Positions 1 to 9,681 of a DNA stretch of 64,000 nt are shown here, piece after piece; position 1 is the first letter of the stretch, and each line of letters begins with the position of its first letter. A model generated the notes under the pieces. The model was not told the DNA's origin. It was given only the letters and a program-made list of their open reading frames with translations, and did no database searches. The position numbers and the translations under genes were made by a program. The stretch lies in NCBI GenBank assembly GCA_902802355.1, contig CADCLU010000003.1, positions 3,870 through 67,869 on the forward strand, read 5' to 3'. The stretch is from an uncultured Erysipelotrichaceae bacterium (GTDB lineage: Bacteria > Bacillota_I > Bacilli_A > RFN20 > CAG-826).

Positions 1-1618
1 TTCCTTTAAGGAGTTCTTTGAAGCTCTCATTCAAAAGCTTCTCGGTACGTACATCGATGTTGCTTGTGGCTTCGTCGAGAATGACGATTTCAGGTTCTAG
101 TAACATAAGGCGGGCAACGCAGATGAGCTGCTTCTCACCAATTGAGAGGCCGGAGGAATCACTGATGATTGTGTCATATCCCTTAGGGAGTCTTTCAATG
201 AAGCCAGCAGCCTGAGCCTTTCTGGCCGCTTCTTGCACTTCTTCAAGGCTCGCGTATTTCTTTCCATAGGCGATGTTATCGAAAACCGTACCGGTGAAAA
301 TCCAGGTATCCTGAAGGACCATTCCGATGTGTTTTCTTAGGGAATCTTTCAAAATATCCTCTGCAAAATCCCCATTAATTAAGATTTTGCCATGTTGTGG
401 ATCATAGAATCTCATGAAGAGGTTAATGAGGGTGGTCTTACCACATCCAGAAGGGCCAACGAGAGCAATCCTCTGCCCTTTCTTGATATCTAGGGAGAAG
501 TCATTGATGACGACTTTGTCCTTCGTGTAACCGAAGACGACTTTGTCCGCTTTAAGGGAATCGATGGAATCCTCAATAAGCTTCCTTCCTTCATCAACGT
601 CTTTAGGCATATGGATGGCGTTGTCGATTCTTTCAAACGAGGAGATGGCATAGCCAAGCTCACTCATGACATCGCTCACCTCATTGAATGGCTGCATGAA
701 GTTGGCGGCATAGGTTAAGAAAGCACTCAAATCACCGATCAAGAAGACGGCAAAGCCGAGATTCACATCTTTGATGATAAAGAGGGCACCAAGGAGAATG
801 AGCGTCGCATTGATTATGGCGTTAATCAACCTCGTTGAAGGATTGATCGTCGAAGCGCCCATCGTGGCCTTGAAGGAATTCTTTCTGAACTTCTCATTCA
901 AAGCGGCGAATTCCTTTTCTTTGTCTTCGGTTATTCCGAGGGTTTTGACAGAGATTGAATTCTTAAGGGTCTCATTGACGAAGGAGGAAAGCTCTCCGCT
1001 CGCGGAGGCTTGGGCCTTGAAATGCTTCGAATTGTATTTCGACACGATACGGCTGACAACCATCGAAAGAGGAGTCAGGAGGATGACCACTACTCCTAGA
1101 GCCCAGTTAAGGGTGAACATGAAGACGATGGTCACGAGGATGGTGACAACTCCATCAAAGATGGCAGCAAAACCGCTGAACAATCCATTCTGAACGTTTT
1201 CGATATCGTTGATGAGCCTTTGAACAAGATCGCCTTTTGAGGATCCGTCGATCTCTTTGATTGGCGCATGCATATAAGATTTGAAAAGCTCTTTCCTCAT
1301 CTCGGCGATGATCTTCTGTCCGACTAAAGCTCTCTTACGCTCAAAAAGACGTCTGAAGATGGTTCCAACTATGAGAGCGGCGATGAGAAGCAAGAAGAGG
1401 AAGAAGCTAATAAAGTCGGGACTGCCGACCTCGAGGCATCCGCCTTGCTCGCAGGCCTCCACCGCTAGCCTATGTTCCACGATCCTGTTGACGAGCTTGC
1501 CAGCGAGGAATGGGATGGCGAGTTTGGAGACGGTTGAGATCAAGGAGAAGACAAAAGTCAAAGCGATCGCTAAGCGACTTCCTTCGAGCCAAGGCTTGAG
1601 GCGTTTCAGTTTTTTCAT
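1..1618 (-). CDS. ABC transporter ATP-binding/permease subunit (partial; C-terminal part runs off the window start). First half of a heterodimeric exporter pair.
   Basis: Minus-strand translation gives Walker A GQRIALVGPSGCGKTT near 420-470. ATG at 1616-1618 overlaps the stop of the upstream ABC gene as ATGA. The gene is truncated at position 1. Confidence 0.8.
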   Translation of the reverse strand, partial: MKKLKRLKPWLEGSRLAIALTFVFSLISTVSKLAIPFLAGKLVNRIVEHRLAVEACEQGGCLEVGSPDFISFFLFLLLIAALIVGTIFRRLFERKRALVGQKIIAEMRKELFKSYMHAPIKEIDGSSKGDLVQRLINDIENVQNGLFSGFAAIFDGVVTILVTIVFMFTLNWALGVVVILLTPLSMVVSRIVSKYNSKHFKAQASASGELSSFVNETLKNSISVKTLGITEDKEKEFAALNEKFRKNSFKATMGASTINPSTRLINAIINATLILLGALFIIKDVNLGFAVFLIGDLSAFLTYAANFMQPFNEVSDVMSELGYAISSFERIDNAIHMPKDVDEGRKLIEDSIDSLKADKVVFGYTKDKVVINDFSLDIKKGQRIALVGPSGCGKTTLINLFMRFYDPQHGKILINGDFAEDILKDSLRKHIGMVLQDTWIFTGTVFDNIAYGKKYASLEEVQEAARKAQAAGFIERLPKGYDTIISDSSGLSIGEKQLICVARLMLLEPEIVILDEATSNIDVRTEKLLNESFKELLKG

Positions 1619-3342
1619 CTGACGCCTCCTTTCTGGATCTCAAAGATCTCGCGATAGATATCGCAGCTCTTAAGGAGCTCTTCGTGTTTTCCTGAGGCAA
1701 TGATTTGGCCATTGTCAAAGACAAGGATCTTGTCACAGTCAATTAGGGATGACGCCCTTTGGGAGACGATGATTTTGGTTAAGCCTTTGATTTTCGAGAT
1801 ATTCGATCTGACTTTCTGGTCGCTTAGGTAATCTAGCGCGCTCATGCAGTCGTCGAGGATAAGAAGGTCCCCTCCTTTTAAGAGAGCCCTAGCGATAAGT
1901 AACCTTTGCTTCTGGCCACCAGAAAGATTGGCGCCGCCTTCTTCAACCTCATGATCGAGGAAGTCATCGTATTTGGAAACGTAATCGTAGGCTAAAGCGT
2001 CTTTTAATGCTTTGACCATCTCCTCTTCCGTCGCGTCTTTCTTTGAAAGAAGGAGGTTCGAACGGATTGTTCCTTTGAAGATGGAAGGTTTCTGAAGGGC
2101 AACGGAAATCTCTTTCCTTAAAGCGTTCAAATCATATTCGTATAGAGGGATGCCGCGATAGAAGATTTGACCGCTGGTTGGTTCGTAGAGTCTAAGGAGG
2201 AGCGAAATGGCCGTGCTCTTACCACTGCCTGTTCCGCCGATGATGCCAACGGTCTCACCTTGGTCAATTCTGAAAGTAAGATTGCTGACCGCTGGTTTGT
2301 CCCCTTCTTTACCATAGGTAAGGGAGACATCTTTGAATTCGATTAGCTTACTTCCAGAGGCTTCTTCGTCTTTGGTGATGATGCCTGTGTTCTTGATATC
2401 GCCTTCAAGCGCGAGCAAAGAATCGATTCTCTTCTTTGAAGCCGAGGCTTTATTGAGAGCGAAGATCATCCTCGAGAACATGATCATCGCCGCCAAACAG
2501 GAAACAAGATAGGAAATGAGGGAAACGATCTGACCGGTTGTCAGTCCGGAGTTTTCGCCTCCGCTGAAACCGCCAACATAGACAACGAGAATGAGGGCGG
2601 CGTTCACGAAGAAGAAGGTCAAAGGATTGAGCCAGGCGTTCGTGGAAGCGAGGTCCAAGTTTCTATGTTTGTAGTTGGCGACGCTTACGTTGAATCTCGT
2701 CTCCTCATGCTCTTCTTTATTGAATGCCCTGACTGGTTTTGCCCCTGATAAAGCATCGCCTGAAATGAGGGTCATTTCGTCCAAAGAGGCCTGAATTGCC
2801 GTGTATTTTTCATTTGAAGCGACCATAACAACGCCAATGACAATGGCACAGGCGATGAGGGCACCGACATAGATGAAGCCCGCTCGGATATCGATGATGA
2901 AGGAAAGGATCGTGGCACCGATGAAGAGGAAAGGAGGCCTGAAGATAAGCCTCATGAACATGTTCACTCCGCTTTGCATGGCGAAGGTGTCGTTATTGAC
3001 GATGGTGAGAATCTTTTCTTTGCCAAAGGTGTCTAACTGTTTGTCGCTAAGCGAAATGACTTTATGGAAAACCTCTTTCCTAAGGTCATGGGCGTAATCG
3101 CAGGCGACCCTTGAGCAAAGGTATTGGGCGAGCATCGTGAAAAGGAAGCCAAGGAGAGCCACGCCAAAGAGGATGAGAGAAGCTTTCCAAGTGAAATTCC
3201 AATCGTTCTTCGCGATGCCTTCGTCGATGATGTAACGGACTAGGAATGGGGAGAATAGTTCTGTCGCGACTTCGAAAAGCTTCAAGGTTGGCGCTAGGAA
3301 AACCTTGAAACCGTATTTCTTAAGAGGCGTTAGTGCTTTCAT
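1615..3342 (-). CDS. ABC transporter permease/ATPase fusion (multidrug or lipid exporter type, 575 aa)
   Basis: N-terminal six-TM domain. Walker A GGTGSGKST, ABC signature LSGGQKQRLLIARAL, Walker B LLILDD. 4-nt overlap with the downstream ABC gene. Confidence 0.9.
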   Translation of the reverse strand: MKALTPLKKYGFKVFLAPTLKLFEVATELFSPFLVRYIIDEGIAKNDWNFTWKASLILFGVALLGFLFTMLAQYLCSRVACDYAHDLRKEVFHKVISLSDKQLDTFGKEKILTIVNNDTFAMQSGVNMFMRLIFRPPFLFIGATILSFIIDIRAGFIYVGALIACAIVIGVVMVASNEKYTAIQASLDEMTLISGDALSGAKPVRAFNKEEHEETRFNVSVANYKHRNLDLASTNAWLNPLTFFFVNAALILVVYVGGFSGGENSGLTTGQIVSLISYLVSCLAAMIMFSRMIFALNKASASKKRIDSLLALEGDIKNTGIITKDEEASGSKLIEFKDVSLTYGKEGDKPAVSNLTFRIDQGETVGIIGGTGSGKSTAISLLLRLYEPTSGQIFYRGIPLYEYDLNALRKEISVALQKPSIFKGTIRSNLLLSKKDATEEEMVKALKDALAYDYVSKYDDFLDHEVEEGGANLSGGQKQRLLIARALLKGGDLLILDDCMSALDYLSDQKVRSNISKIKGLTKIIVSQRASSLIDCDKILVFDNGQIIASGKHEELLKSCDIYREIFEIQKGGVR

Positions 3343-4742
3343 TAAGCCTGTCCTTTTTTGTCCTGATCAGGCTGTTTGACCTCAACATGGGTTTCATCGT
3401 CGACGGCGGTCAAAGTAATTTCTGCCACTTCTTCTTCCTCACCGTCTTTGTATAAGCAGAAACGGAATCCTTCATCGCCGTTTCCATAAACGCGGTTAAA
3501 GGCGACAGGGCCATTGTTCTCGGCGAACTTAGCGCTCGCCCTAGCGACGTCGTTCATGATCCATCTGATAGGTTCGCCAACGAAGCCAGCGAACATCGAA
3601 GCGCAGTCGACTATTAAGATAGGCGACGGGCAAGTCATGACGAAGGAAAGCTCGCGTCTTTTGTTGTCGTAGATGATTTCGCTGATGGTGCATCCTTCGA
3701 AACCACCGCGATTGCCCCAGGAATTAACCTCAAGGCTCTCGGCGAAGGTATCGACATCGAAGGTTGGATCTTTTTGAGTGTAGTTAAGGACTTTGGCGAG
3801 TTCGTTAATGCGTTTGAAGCAATCCTCAAAAATGGCTTTGTCTTCTCCGTCCATATAGGCTTCTCCCTGAATCATGAAGGCGCTGTCTGCCATAAGGAAG
3901 AAACGCATGGCGTTGAAGCTTGATTGCTGTACGCCTAAGCCCATCTGGTGCATGACGCCCATGCGATAGCAAAGCCCAGCGAAGACCAAAGGGTCTTTGC
4001 CGGTTGAGGCGACATAACGGGAATAGCAATCAGGATAGAAATTGGAGATGATCTGGTAAGCGAGATTTGGGTTTTTCTCAACGAAAACGCCTTTGAGATA
4101 GCAATCGGCGAAATGGAGAAGGCCGTTGGCTGAGCCAAACGCCATCGCTTTTGCGTAGCATTCGTAAGCCCCCCTGTAATCTGGGGCACCTAAGACGCCT
4201 GACTCACAAAGGACACCCATCCTGGTCAAAGCTTGTCCATCTCCTTCAAGGCAACTCGACATGTAATACGAGAAGGCGGTCTTTGGATCAGGTTCAGTGA
4301 ATTCGGAGCCGAATTCCAAGAGGGTAGCCAGATCAAATGTGGCGTATGGGTCATTGAGACGGCTTAGCAAGGCTAAGTATTGGATATAGAGAGCCTCGTT
4401 GGCTTTCTTGTGGGAGATTTTGCCATCCCTATATCTTTCGCAGTATGTTCTCGCGGCTTCTGGATGGCGTTCCATATAATCCTCGCCGAAGAAAGCGAGG
4501 TTGAGATCTTTGAGGGTTTCGTGATCGAAGTGATAACCGGAAGCATCGCCTACAAGGGCGTCCATTCCGCACTCAGGGCAGATGGCTGTCACTCCCCTAT
4601 CGTCGCTGATCCAGTCTTGGACGTCTCTGGCATTGATGGTGTGGCGACAGAAAATGCAGGAGCATTTCTCGCTATGGAGGATCTCCAGGTCATTTCCAAC
4701 CGTATGGGCGAATATCTTTTCGAATTCCGGATTCTTGTTCAT
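3342..4742 (-). CDS. Sel1-like repeat protein with N-terminal Cys4 zinc-ribbon-like motif (hypothetical)
   Basis: CSCIFCRH...CPECG motif. Repeated A/G-rich Sel1/TPR-like units (YYMSSCLEGDGQALTRMGVLCESG..., AYECYAKAMAFGSANGLLHFADCYLKG). Stop overlaps the ATG of the ABC gene (TAATG). ATG start taken at 4742; the ORF finder used TTG at 4748. Confidence 0.5.
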   Translation of the reverse strand: MNKNPEFEKIFAHTVGNDLEILHSEKCSCIFCRHTINARDVQDWISDDRGVTAICPECGMDALVGDASGYHFDHETLKDLNLAFFGEDYMERHPEAARTYCERYRDGKISHKKANEALYIQYLALLSRLNDPYATFDLATLLEFGSEFTEPDPKTAFSYYMSSCLEGDGQALTRMGVLCESGVLGAPDYRGAYECYAKAMAFGSANGLLHFADCYLKGVFVEKNPNLAYQIISNFYPDCYSRYVASTGKDPLVFAGLCYRMGVMHQMGLGVQQSSFNAMRFFLMADSAFMIQGEAYMDGEDKAIFEDCFKRINELAKVLNYTQKDPTFDVDTFAESLEVNSWGNRGGFEGCTISEIIYDNKRRELSFVMTCPSPILIVDCASMFAGFVGEPIRWIMNDVARASAKFAENNGPVAFNRVYGNGDEGFRFCLYKDGEEEEVAEITLTAVDDETHVEVKQPDQDKKGQA

Positions 4743-4853
4743 GTTCAAAGTATAGCATGAATAAAAACAATTGCTTCTTAGAAGCAGTACTTAATATCAA
4801 AAACGTCCGCAGGGCATTCATTAATTTCGCCAATCAAGTATAATGATTGGGTT

Positions 4854-5729
4854 ATGAAACAATCTGTTAACGGTATCAAAAACTTCTGGTGGCTCCCTCT
4901 TGCCATCCTATTTATCGCATGTTTAGTCGGCTGCTCGATCGTCGGAGAATACATGGACTTCCATTTCTCCTATTACATGACGCAGTATTCTCCAATCGGA
5001 CCAGTCGCCCAATACGCTGGTTCAGTGCCAGGCTATGCGCTTGTCGGATTCGTGGGCCCGCTTCTCTTCATCGGACTCCGCAATTCTCAGAATAAATTAT
5101 TGAAATACCTTGGATTTGCAGGGCTTTTTGTTGTTCCTTTCGTTTCAGGACTCGTCTATGGATATGACGTTTTCTATGATGCTCTCAAGATCCCGGGACT
5201 CTTAATCGGAGCGGCTATCATCCTTGCTATCGATGGTCTTCTTGCCTTCCTTTTCTGGAAAGTCGATGAGAAAGATGCGATTAGGGATGCGTTTATCATC
5301 GCCATCGCTTTCTCCCTCACATTCATCACCGTCTTCCTTCTCAAACACATCATCGAAAGACCAAGGCCATACTATGTCGAAGATTATTATCAGTTTGTGC
5401 CTTTCCTTCATTTCTCGACTCACGTCAACGGCTTCACTATTGACGCCCTTGAATCTTTCCCAAGCGGACATAGCGCGATCGCCGCAACCTTCCTCCTTTG
5501 CCCACTCCTTTGCAAATACCACGAGAAGACCAAGAAGCTTGAAGCCTTATTCTTCGTTATTGCGGCCGTATGGCTCCTCTTCACGATGTTTGGCAGAATG
5601 GCGGGCATGCACCACTATCTCTCTGATGTCTGCTCCGGCGCCCTCATCGGCATCTTCTTCTCTTTCTTGACCAATTTCATTGCCCAATTCATCAAACCAA
5701 AGAAAAAGGACGAAGCAGAGAATGGATAA
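4854..5729 (+). CDS. PAP2-family membrane phosphatase (undecaprenyl/lipid phosphate phosphatase-like)
   Basis: Polytopic membrane protein. PAP2 motifs KHIIERPRP (KX6RP), PSGH and GRMAGMHHYLSD (SRX5HX3D). Confidence 0.8.
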   Translation: MKQSVNGIKNFWWLPLAILFIACLVGCSIVGEYMDFHFSYYMTQYSPIGPVAQYAGSVPGYALVGFVGPLLFIGLRNSQNKLLKYLGFAGLFVVPFVSGLVYGYDVFYDALKIPGLLIGAAIILAIDGLLAFLFWKVDEKDAIRDAFIIAIAFSLTFITVFLLKHIIERPRPYYVEDYYQFVPFLHFSTHVNGFTIDALESFPSGHSAIAATFLLCPLLCKYHEKTKKLEALFFVIAAVWLLFTMFGRMAGMHHYLSDVCSGALIGIFFSFLTNFIAQFIKPKKKDEAENG

Positions 5730-6699
5730 GGTACTAGCCCCCGCTAGAGCTATTTCCCACCCAAAAGAGAAAAGAGGGAGGATTTTCGAAGTCGATTTCC
5801 TCCGTGGGGTTGCCATCTGTTTGATGGTCCTTCTCCATTTCTGCTACACCCTAGGTTTCGGGCCTAAGGATTTCTACGGAATCAAATATGGTGACGAGCC
5901 TGAGTGGTTTGTGCCGCTTGCCAGGCTTTTCCGTTTCGTTTTCTGTTCGATCACCCAGCCAAGTGGCTTCTTCTCAATGCATTCTACCAACGATGCTTTG
6001 TACATGAACAACTTCACGAACCTCCACTGCCTTGAGGTTTTCTGGGCTGGCATGTTCATGTTCTTGGCAGGTCTTTCCTGCACTCTTTCAAAGAACAACT
6101 TCAAGAGAGGCTTGAACATCTTCATGGTCGCGAACCTATTAAGCATGGTTTTGGAACTTGGCAGCGATCTCATCGAGCCATTCGATATGCATATCTGGTG
6201 CGGTATCTTGCACGCTTTAGGAATCGCCATCATGCTATTCTCGCTATACGACCACTTCTTGCCGAAATGGTGGCAGACCTTCATCGCCTTCATCCTTTTG
6301 ACGATCGTCGTCGGATTCATCATTCCGAACGCTTACGTTATCGATCCTCGCACGGATGTAAGAAGCGTCCCGTCCATCTACCCTGAGTCTTCTCCGTTTA
6401 AGGACTTCGGAGAATTCTTTGAGAACATGGGAAAGCTTTTCATCGGACTTGTTAGGCAAGGCGACGATTATTTCTCACCTGTCCTTGTCACCACCGCTGT
6501 CTTTGGCGGAGCTTCCGTAGGAAAGACCCTCTACAAAAAGAAAAAGAGCCTTCTCCCATCCTGGTTCAAGGGAAGATGGGGAAAGCCGATCTGTTTTGTC
6601 GGAAGACACACCCTTATCATCTATGCGGCCCATCAGGTCGTCGGTGCGCTTCTCCTTATCATCGTTATGAGTGCCTCAGGCGTCCCCTTAGACTTATAA
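5722..6699 (+). CDS. DUF1624/HGSNAT-like membrane acyltransferase-family protein
   Basis: FEVDFLRGVAICLMVLLHF N-terminal motif typical of the heparan-alpha-glucosaminide N-acetyltransferase-like family. Multi-TM. Start taken at the second Met (MDKV) so it overlaps the PAP2 stop by 8 nt. Confidence 0.55.
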   Translation: MDKVLAPARAISHPKEKRGRIFEVDFLRGVAICLMVLLHFCYTLGFGPKDFYGIKYGDEPEWFVPLARLFRFVFCSITQPSGFFSMHSTNDALYMNNFTNLHCLEVFWAGMFMFLAGLSCTLSKNNFKRGLNIFMVANLLSMVLELGSDLIEPFDMHIWCGILHALGIAIMLFSLYDHFLPKWWQTFIAFILLTIVVGFIIPNAYVIDPRTDVRSVPSIYPESSPFKDFGEFFENMGKLFIGLVRQGDDYFSPVLVTTAVFGGASVGKTLYKKKKSLLPSWFKGRWGKPICFVGRHTLIIYAAHQVVGALLLIIVMSASGVPLDL

Positions 6700-7098
6700 G
6701 CCCTTCTTGCAGATTTCCAAAACCTTATCGAAATCAAGCGAGAGGGCTTTTCCTTTTAAGTCCTCTTCTTTGATCCAGAAGAGCTCTCCTTCTTTAGAAG
6801 AATGCATCTTTCCAGAGAATTCTTTGCTTCTGAAAAGGATGCAAAGATGGCGGACTCCCTCTTTTGGGACGTTCCACTCAAAATAACCGCATTCCTCAAC
6901 TGAATGGAGGTCGTAGCCGGTTTCCTCTTTCATCTCGCGGATGACGCTTTCGGGGACGGATTCCTCATCCTCGACGTGTCCTCCAGGGAAATTGATGCCT
7001 GGCCAATCCTGCTTTTTCCTATCGATGACCAAAAAGGTGCCATCCTCCTTATAGAGCATGCACATGTTGGTCAAGATGACTTTAGAGTTTCTCATCAA
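6694..7098 (-). CDS. NUDIX hydrolase
   Basis: Nudix box GGHVEDEESVPESVIREMKEETG. Confidence 0.85.
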   Translation of the reverse strand: MMRNSKVILTNMCMLYKEDGTFLVIDRKKQDWPGINFPGGHVEDEESVPESVIREMKEETGYDLHSVEECGYFEWNVPKEGVRHLCILFRSKEFSGKMHSSKEGELFWIKEEDLKGKALSLDFDKVLEICKKGL

Positions 7099-7146
7099 AG
7101 CAATTCTAGGCTTTATGGTTATGGAAAGAAATCATAAAATCTTCGT

Positions 7147-8130
7147 ATGAAGATTGCTTTCTCCGAAAAAGACAGAAGCGAGTTCAAGAAGCTCGTCAAC
7201 GCGATGGACGACAATGAAGCGGCCGCGCTTTTCTATAACATTCTCTTGAATGGAGAGGAGAAAGTGAGCGAATCCACTCTCCCCTACCCGATAGATAGAC
7301 TCAGCCCAAAAGAATATAGCGAGAACCCATATTTCATTAACGTCAGGCCTAAAGCGAAGAAGGATGGTTTTTTTAGACTCGATTATTTAAAGAAACCTTC
7401 CCATATCGGTTTCGTCTATGACGAGATGATCGTCAAAGGAAAATACTTCGAAGAAACCACCCCATTCGGTTACTTCGATAAGCCTTTCGAATTCCTCGCT
7501 CTCTTAGAGAAAGAACGTATCTGGATGAGCGTGACCCCTCATGAGATAAACACCATGAAGGAGCCTATCAAGAAAGCCAAAGGAAAAGTCATCACCCTTG
7601 GTCTTGGACTAGGCTATTTCGCTTATATGGTTCACCTCAAGGAAGAAGTTACCAAAGTAACAGTCATTGAGAAGGACAAGAGGGTTATCGCCCTCTTCAA
7701 AGAAAACATCCTTCCGTTCTTCCCGTTCAAAGATAAGATCGAAATCATTGAAGCCGATGCGATTGAATACATGAAAAACGCAGGTTCCTTTGATTATCTC
7801 TTCGCAGACTTATGGCACTTCGCGATTGATGGATTGCCGTTATATCTCAAGCTCAACAAATTCGAGGAGAAATATCCTTCCTCCATATTCGATTATTGGA
7901 TTGAACCATCGATGCTCATCCTCATTAGGAAAGCCCTCATCATCCTTACTGAGGAAGAACTCCACCACACGAGTGATGACGACTATAAAGACGCCGCAAC
8001 AGTAAGCGACGAAGTAGTGAATGCCCTCCACTTCCTCCTAAAGGAAAAAGAAATCAAATCCATTGATGATTTGCTTAAGATTTTAGAGGAAGAAAATCTA
8101 AAATCCCTTGCAAAAGCCCTCTATCTTTAA
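7147..8130 (+). CDS. Spermidine-synthase-like / SAM-MTase-fold protein (hypothetical)
   Basis: KVITLGLGLGYFAYMV Gly-rich loop, then VTVIEKDKRVIALFKEN...IEIIEADAIEYM and DLW. This resembles the aminopropyltransferase Rossmann core. Confidence 0.4.
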   Translation: MKIAFSEKDRSEFKKLVNAMDDNEAAALFYNILLNGEEKVSESTLPYPIDRLSPKEYSENPYFINVRPKAKKDGFFRLDYLKKPSHIGFVYDEMIVKGKYFEETTPFGYFDKPFEFLALLEKERIWMSVTPHEINTMKEPIKKAKGKVITLGLGLGYFAYMVHLKEEVTKVTVIEKDKRVIALFKENILPFFPFKDKIEIIEADAIEYMKNAGSFDYLFADLWHFAIDGLPLYLKLNKFEEKYPSSIFDYWIEPSMLILIRKALIILTEEELHHTSDDDYKDAATVSDEVVNALHFLLKEKEIKSIDDLLKILEEENLKSLAKALYL

Positions 8131-8147
8131 GAAAAATGCCCTCTAGA

Positions 8148-8585
8148 TTAGAGGGTTTCTTTTTCTTCGTCTTTCTTATGCATCGCCCTGCCGACATGGA
8201 AGGACGAGAAGATGACTCCGATGATGAGGGCTATGATTCCCATGATCAGAAAGAACGGTGCCCATCTGACATCGATGCTGTTTTCTGGCTCGACTCTCGC
8301 AATCTCGTAAACGCCTTTGATGGCCATATAGACGATGATCGTTCCGATTCCGCAGTTGAAGGCAAGCCTCCCCCACTCACCGATATCGATGGCGAAGATG
8401 AGACAGACGGCGACATAGGCGACTAAAAGGGTGAGTGCCGGAACCCAAATGAAACCGATGTAGTCGCTATAGACTCCATGGGCGTTATACAAATAGATTT
8501 GTCTGAAGGCGATAGTAAAGGCGAGAACGCCTAACCAAATGAGGGACTGCCTAAGACCAATTTTTCTCTCAGGCGTCAACCACAT
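8148..8585 (-). CDS. Small polytopic membrane protein (hypothetical)
   Basis: Four predicted TM helices. Overlaps the upstream gene by 17 nt. Confidence 0.5.
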   Translation of the reverse strand: MWLTPERKIGLRQSLIWLGVLAFTIAFRQIYLYNAHGVYSDYIGFIWVPALTLLVAYVAVCLIFAIDIGEWGRLAFNCGIGTIIVYMAIKGVYEIARVEPENSIDVRWAPFFLIMGIIALIIGVIFSSFHVGRAMHKKDEEKETL

Positions 8586-9681
8586 AGATCATATCTCCTA
8601 AGGCACGAGGCGTTTTCTGGGTTGGGTATCTCTTCGCTACTCCATTCTCATCAAGGCAATAGAAGGTGCTTGAATCACCGCCGTCGAGGTTATAGGCAAG
8701 GGTGCATCCCCTATCGTAAAGCCTCTGAGCAAGGTCATGGAGAGAGAAGCCATCAGTCTGGGCTTTGTTTCTTCCTTGGCTGACAAGGAACATGTAGTGA
8801 TACGGGCCGAGATAGCCGATTGCGGTACGCTGATTACCAGCCTGATGTGGGCTTGCGACATCCTCGTCTTCATCCACGCAGACGGCGCCGTTATAGACAA
8901 GGGTTGGGCCAAAGGTCCACACCTGCCAGGCTTTTTTGCTCGTAAGGTCTGCGGTTGTGTACGTTGGCAAGGATGGGGTTCTGCGTGTTCCGGTGAATCC
9001 AGGCTCGATGTATAAGGACATTGTTCCATCGTTCCATAAAACGAGGTCCTCGAAGACTGAGTCATTGCCGGTTCTCGTCTGGCTACGAAGTACCTGTCCG
9101 TTTCTAAGGACGTATCCAAGACGGTGATCGAGGTTGTTATAGGAGCTATCTCCTGAGATGGCGCCTAAAACGGTGACGTTATATTTCTTCTCGACGTCCT
9201 TGATTTGGTTATAGACGGTAGATAAGCAATTGTCGCCTGGGTAACCGTTTGAGTCAGTGACCTGATTGGTTCTCAAATCGGTGATTTTCTTAATCTTGAT
9301 TTCGAGGGTGTAGAAAATGATTTCGTTGCCACGGCTGTCGTAGCATTCGTGATTAGGATCGTATTCACCAGGCCTGTACCTTGTGAACGTGGTCGTTGTC
9401 TCGGTGTATGGGCTGACCGTTACGGTCGTTTCGGAAGAGGCGACTGGCTCGCTTTCGCTAGCGGGAGCACTGCCACTATCAGAAGAGCTTGGGGTGGATG
9501 TTTTCGCGGACGAAGCCGGAGTCGATTCTTCGAAGTTGGCAAAAGGATCATCGTTGACCCTTTGCTCGGCAACGCCATTGATTCCGAAGAAGTTATGGAG
9601 AAGGTTGGTCGTAGCGAGACCCGCAATAGCGACGGCGTAGGAAAGGCCGACGATGAGTAAAAGCTTCTTGCTCTTTGTCAT
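8569..9681 (-). CDS. Phosphodiester glycosidase (NAGPA-like, DUF2233) family surface protein
   Basis: N-terminal signal/TM, Ser/Thr-rich linker, C-terminal HDLAQRLYDRGCTLAYNLDGGDSSTF motif typical of phosphodiester glycosidase domains. Confidence 0.55.
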   Translation of the reverse strand: MTKSKKLLLIVGLSYAVAIAGLATTNLLHNFFGINGVAEQRVNDDPFANFEESTPASSAKTSTPSSSDSGSAPASESEPVASSETTVTVSPYTETTTTFTRYRPGEYDPNHECYDSRGNEIIFYTLEIKIKKITDLRTNQVTDSNGYPGDNCLSTVYNQIKDVEKKYNVTVLGAISGDSSYNNLDHRLGYVLRNGQVLRSQTRTGNDSVFEDLVLWNDGTMSLYIEPGFTGTRRTPSLPTYTTADLTSKKAWQVWTFGPTLVYNGAVCVDEDEDVASPHQAGNQRTAIGYLGPYHYMFLVSQGRNKAQTDGFSLHDLAQRLYDRGCTLAYNLDGGDSSTFYCLDENGVAKRYPTQKTPRALGDMIYVVDA

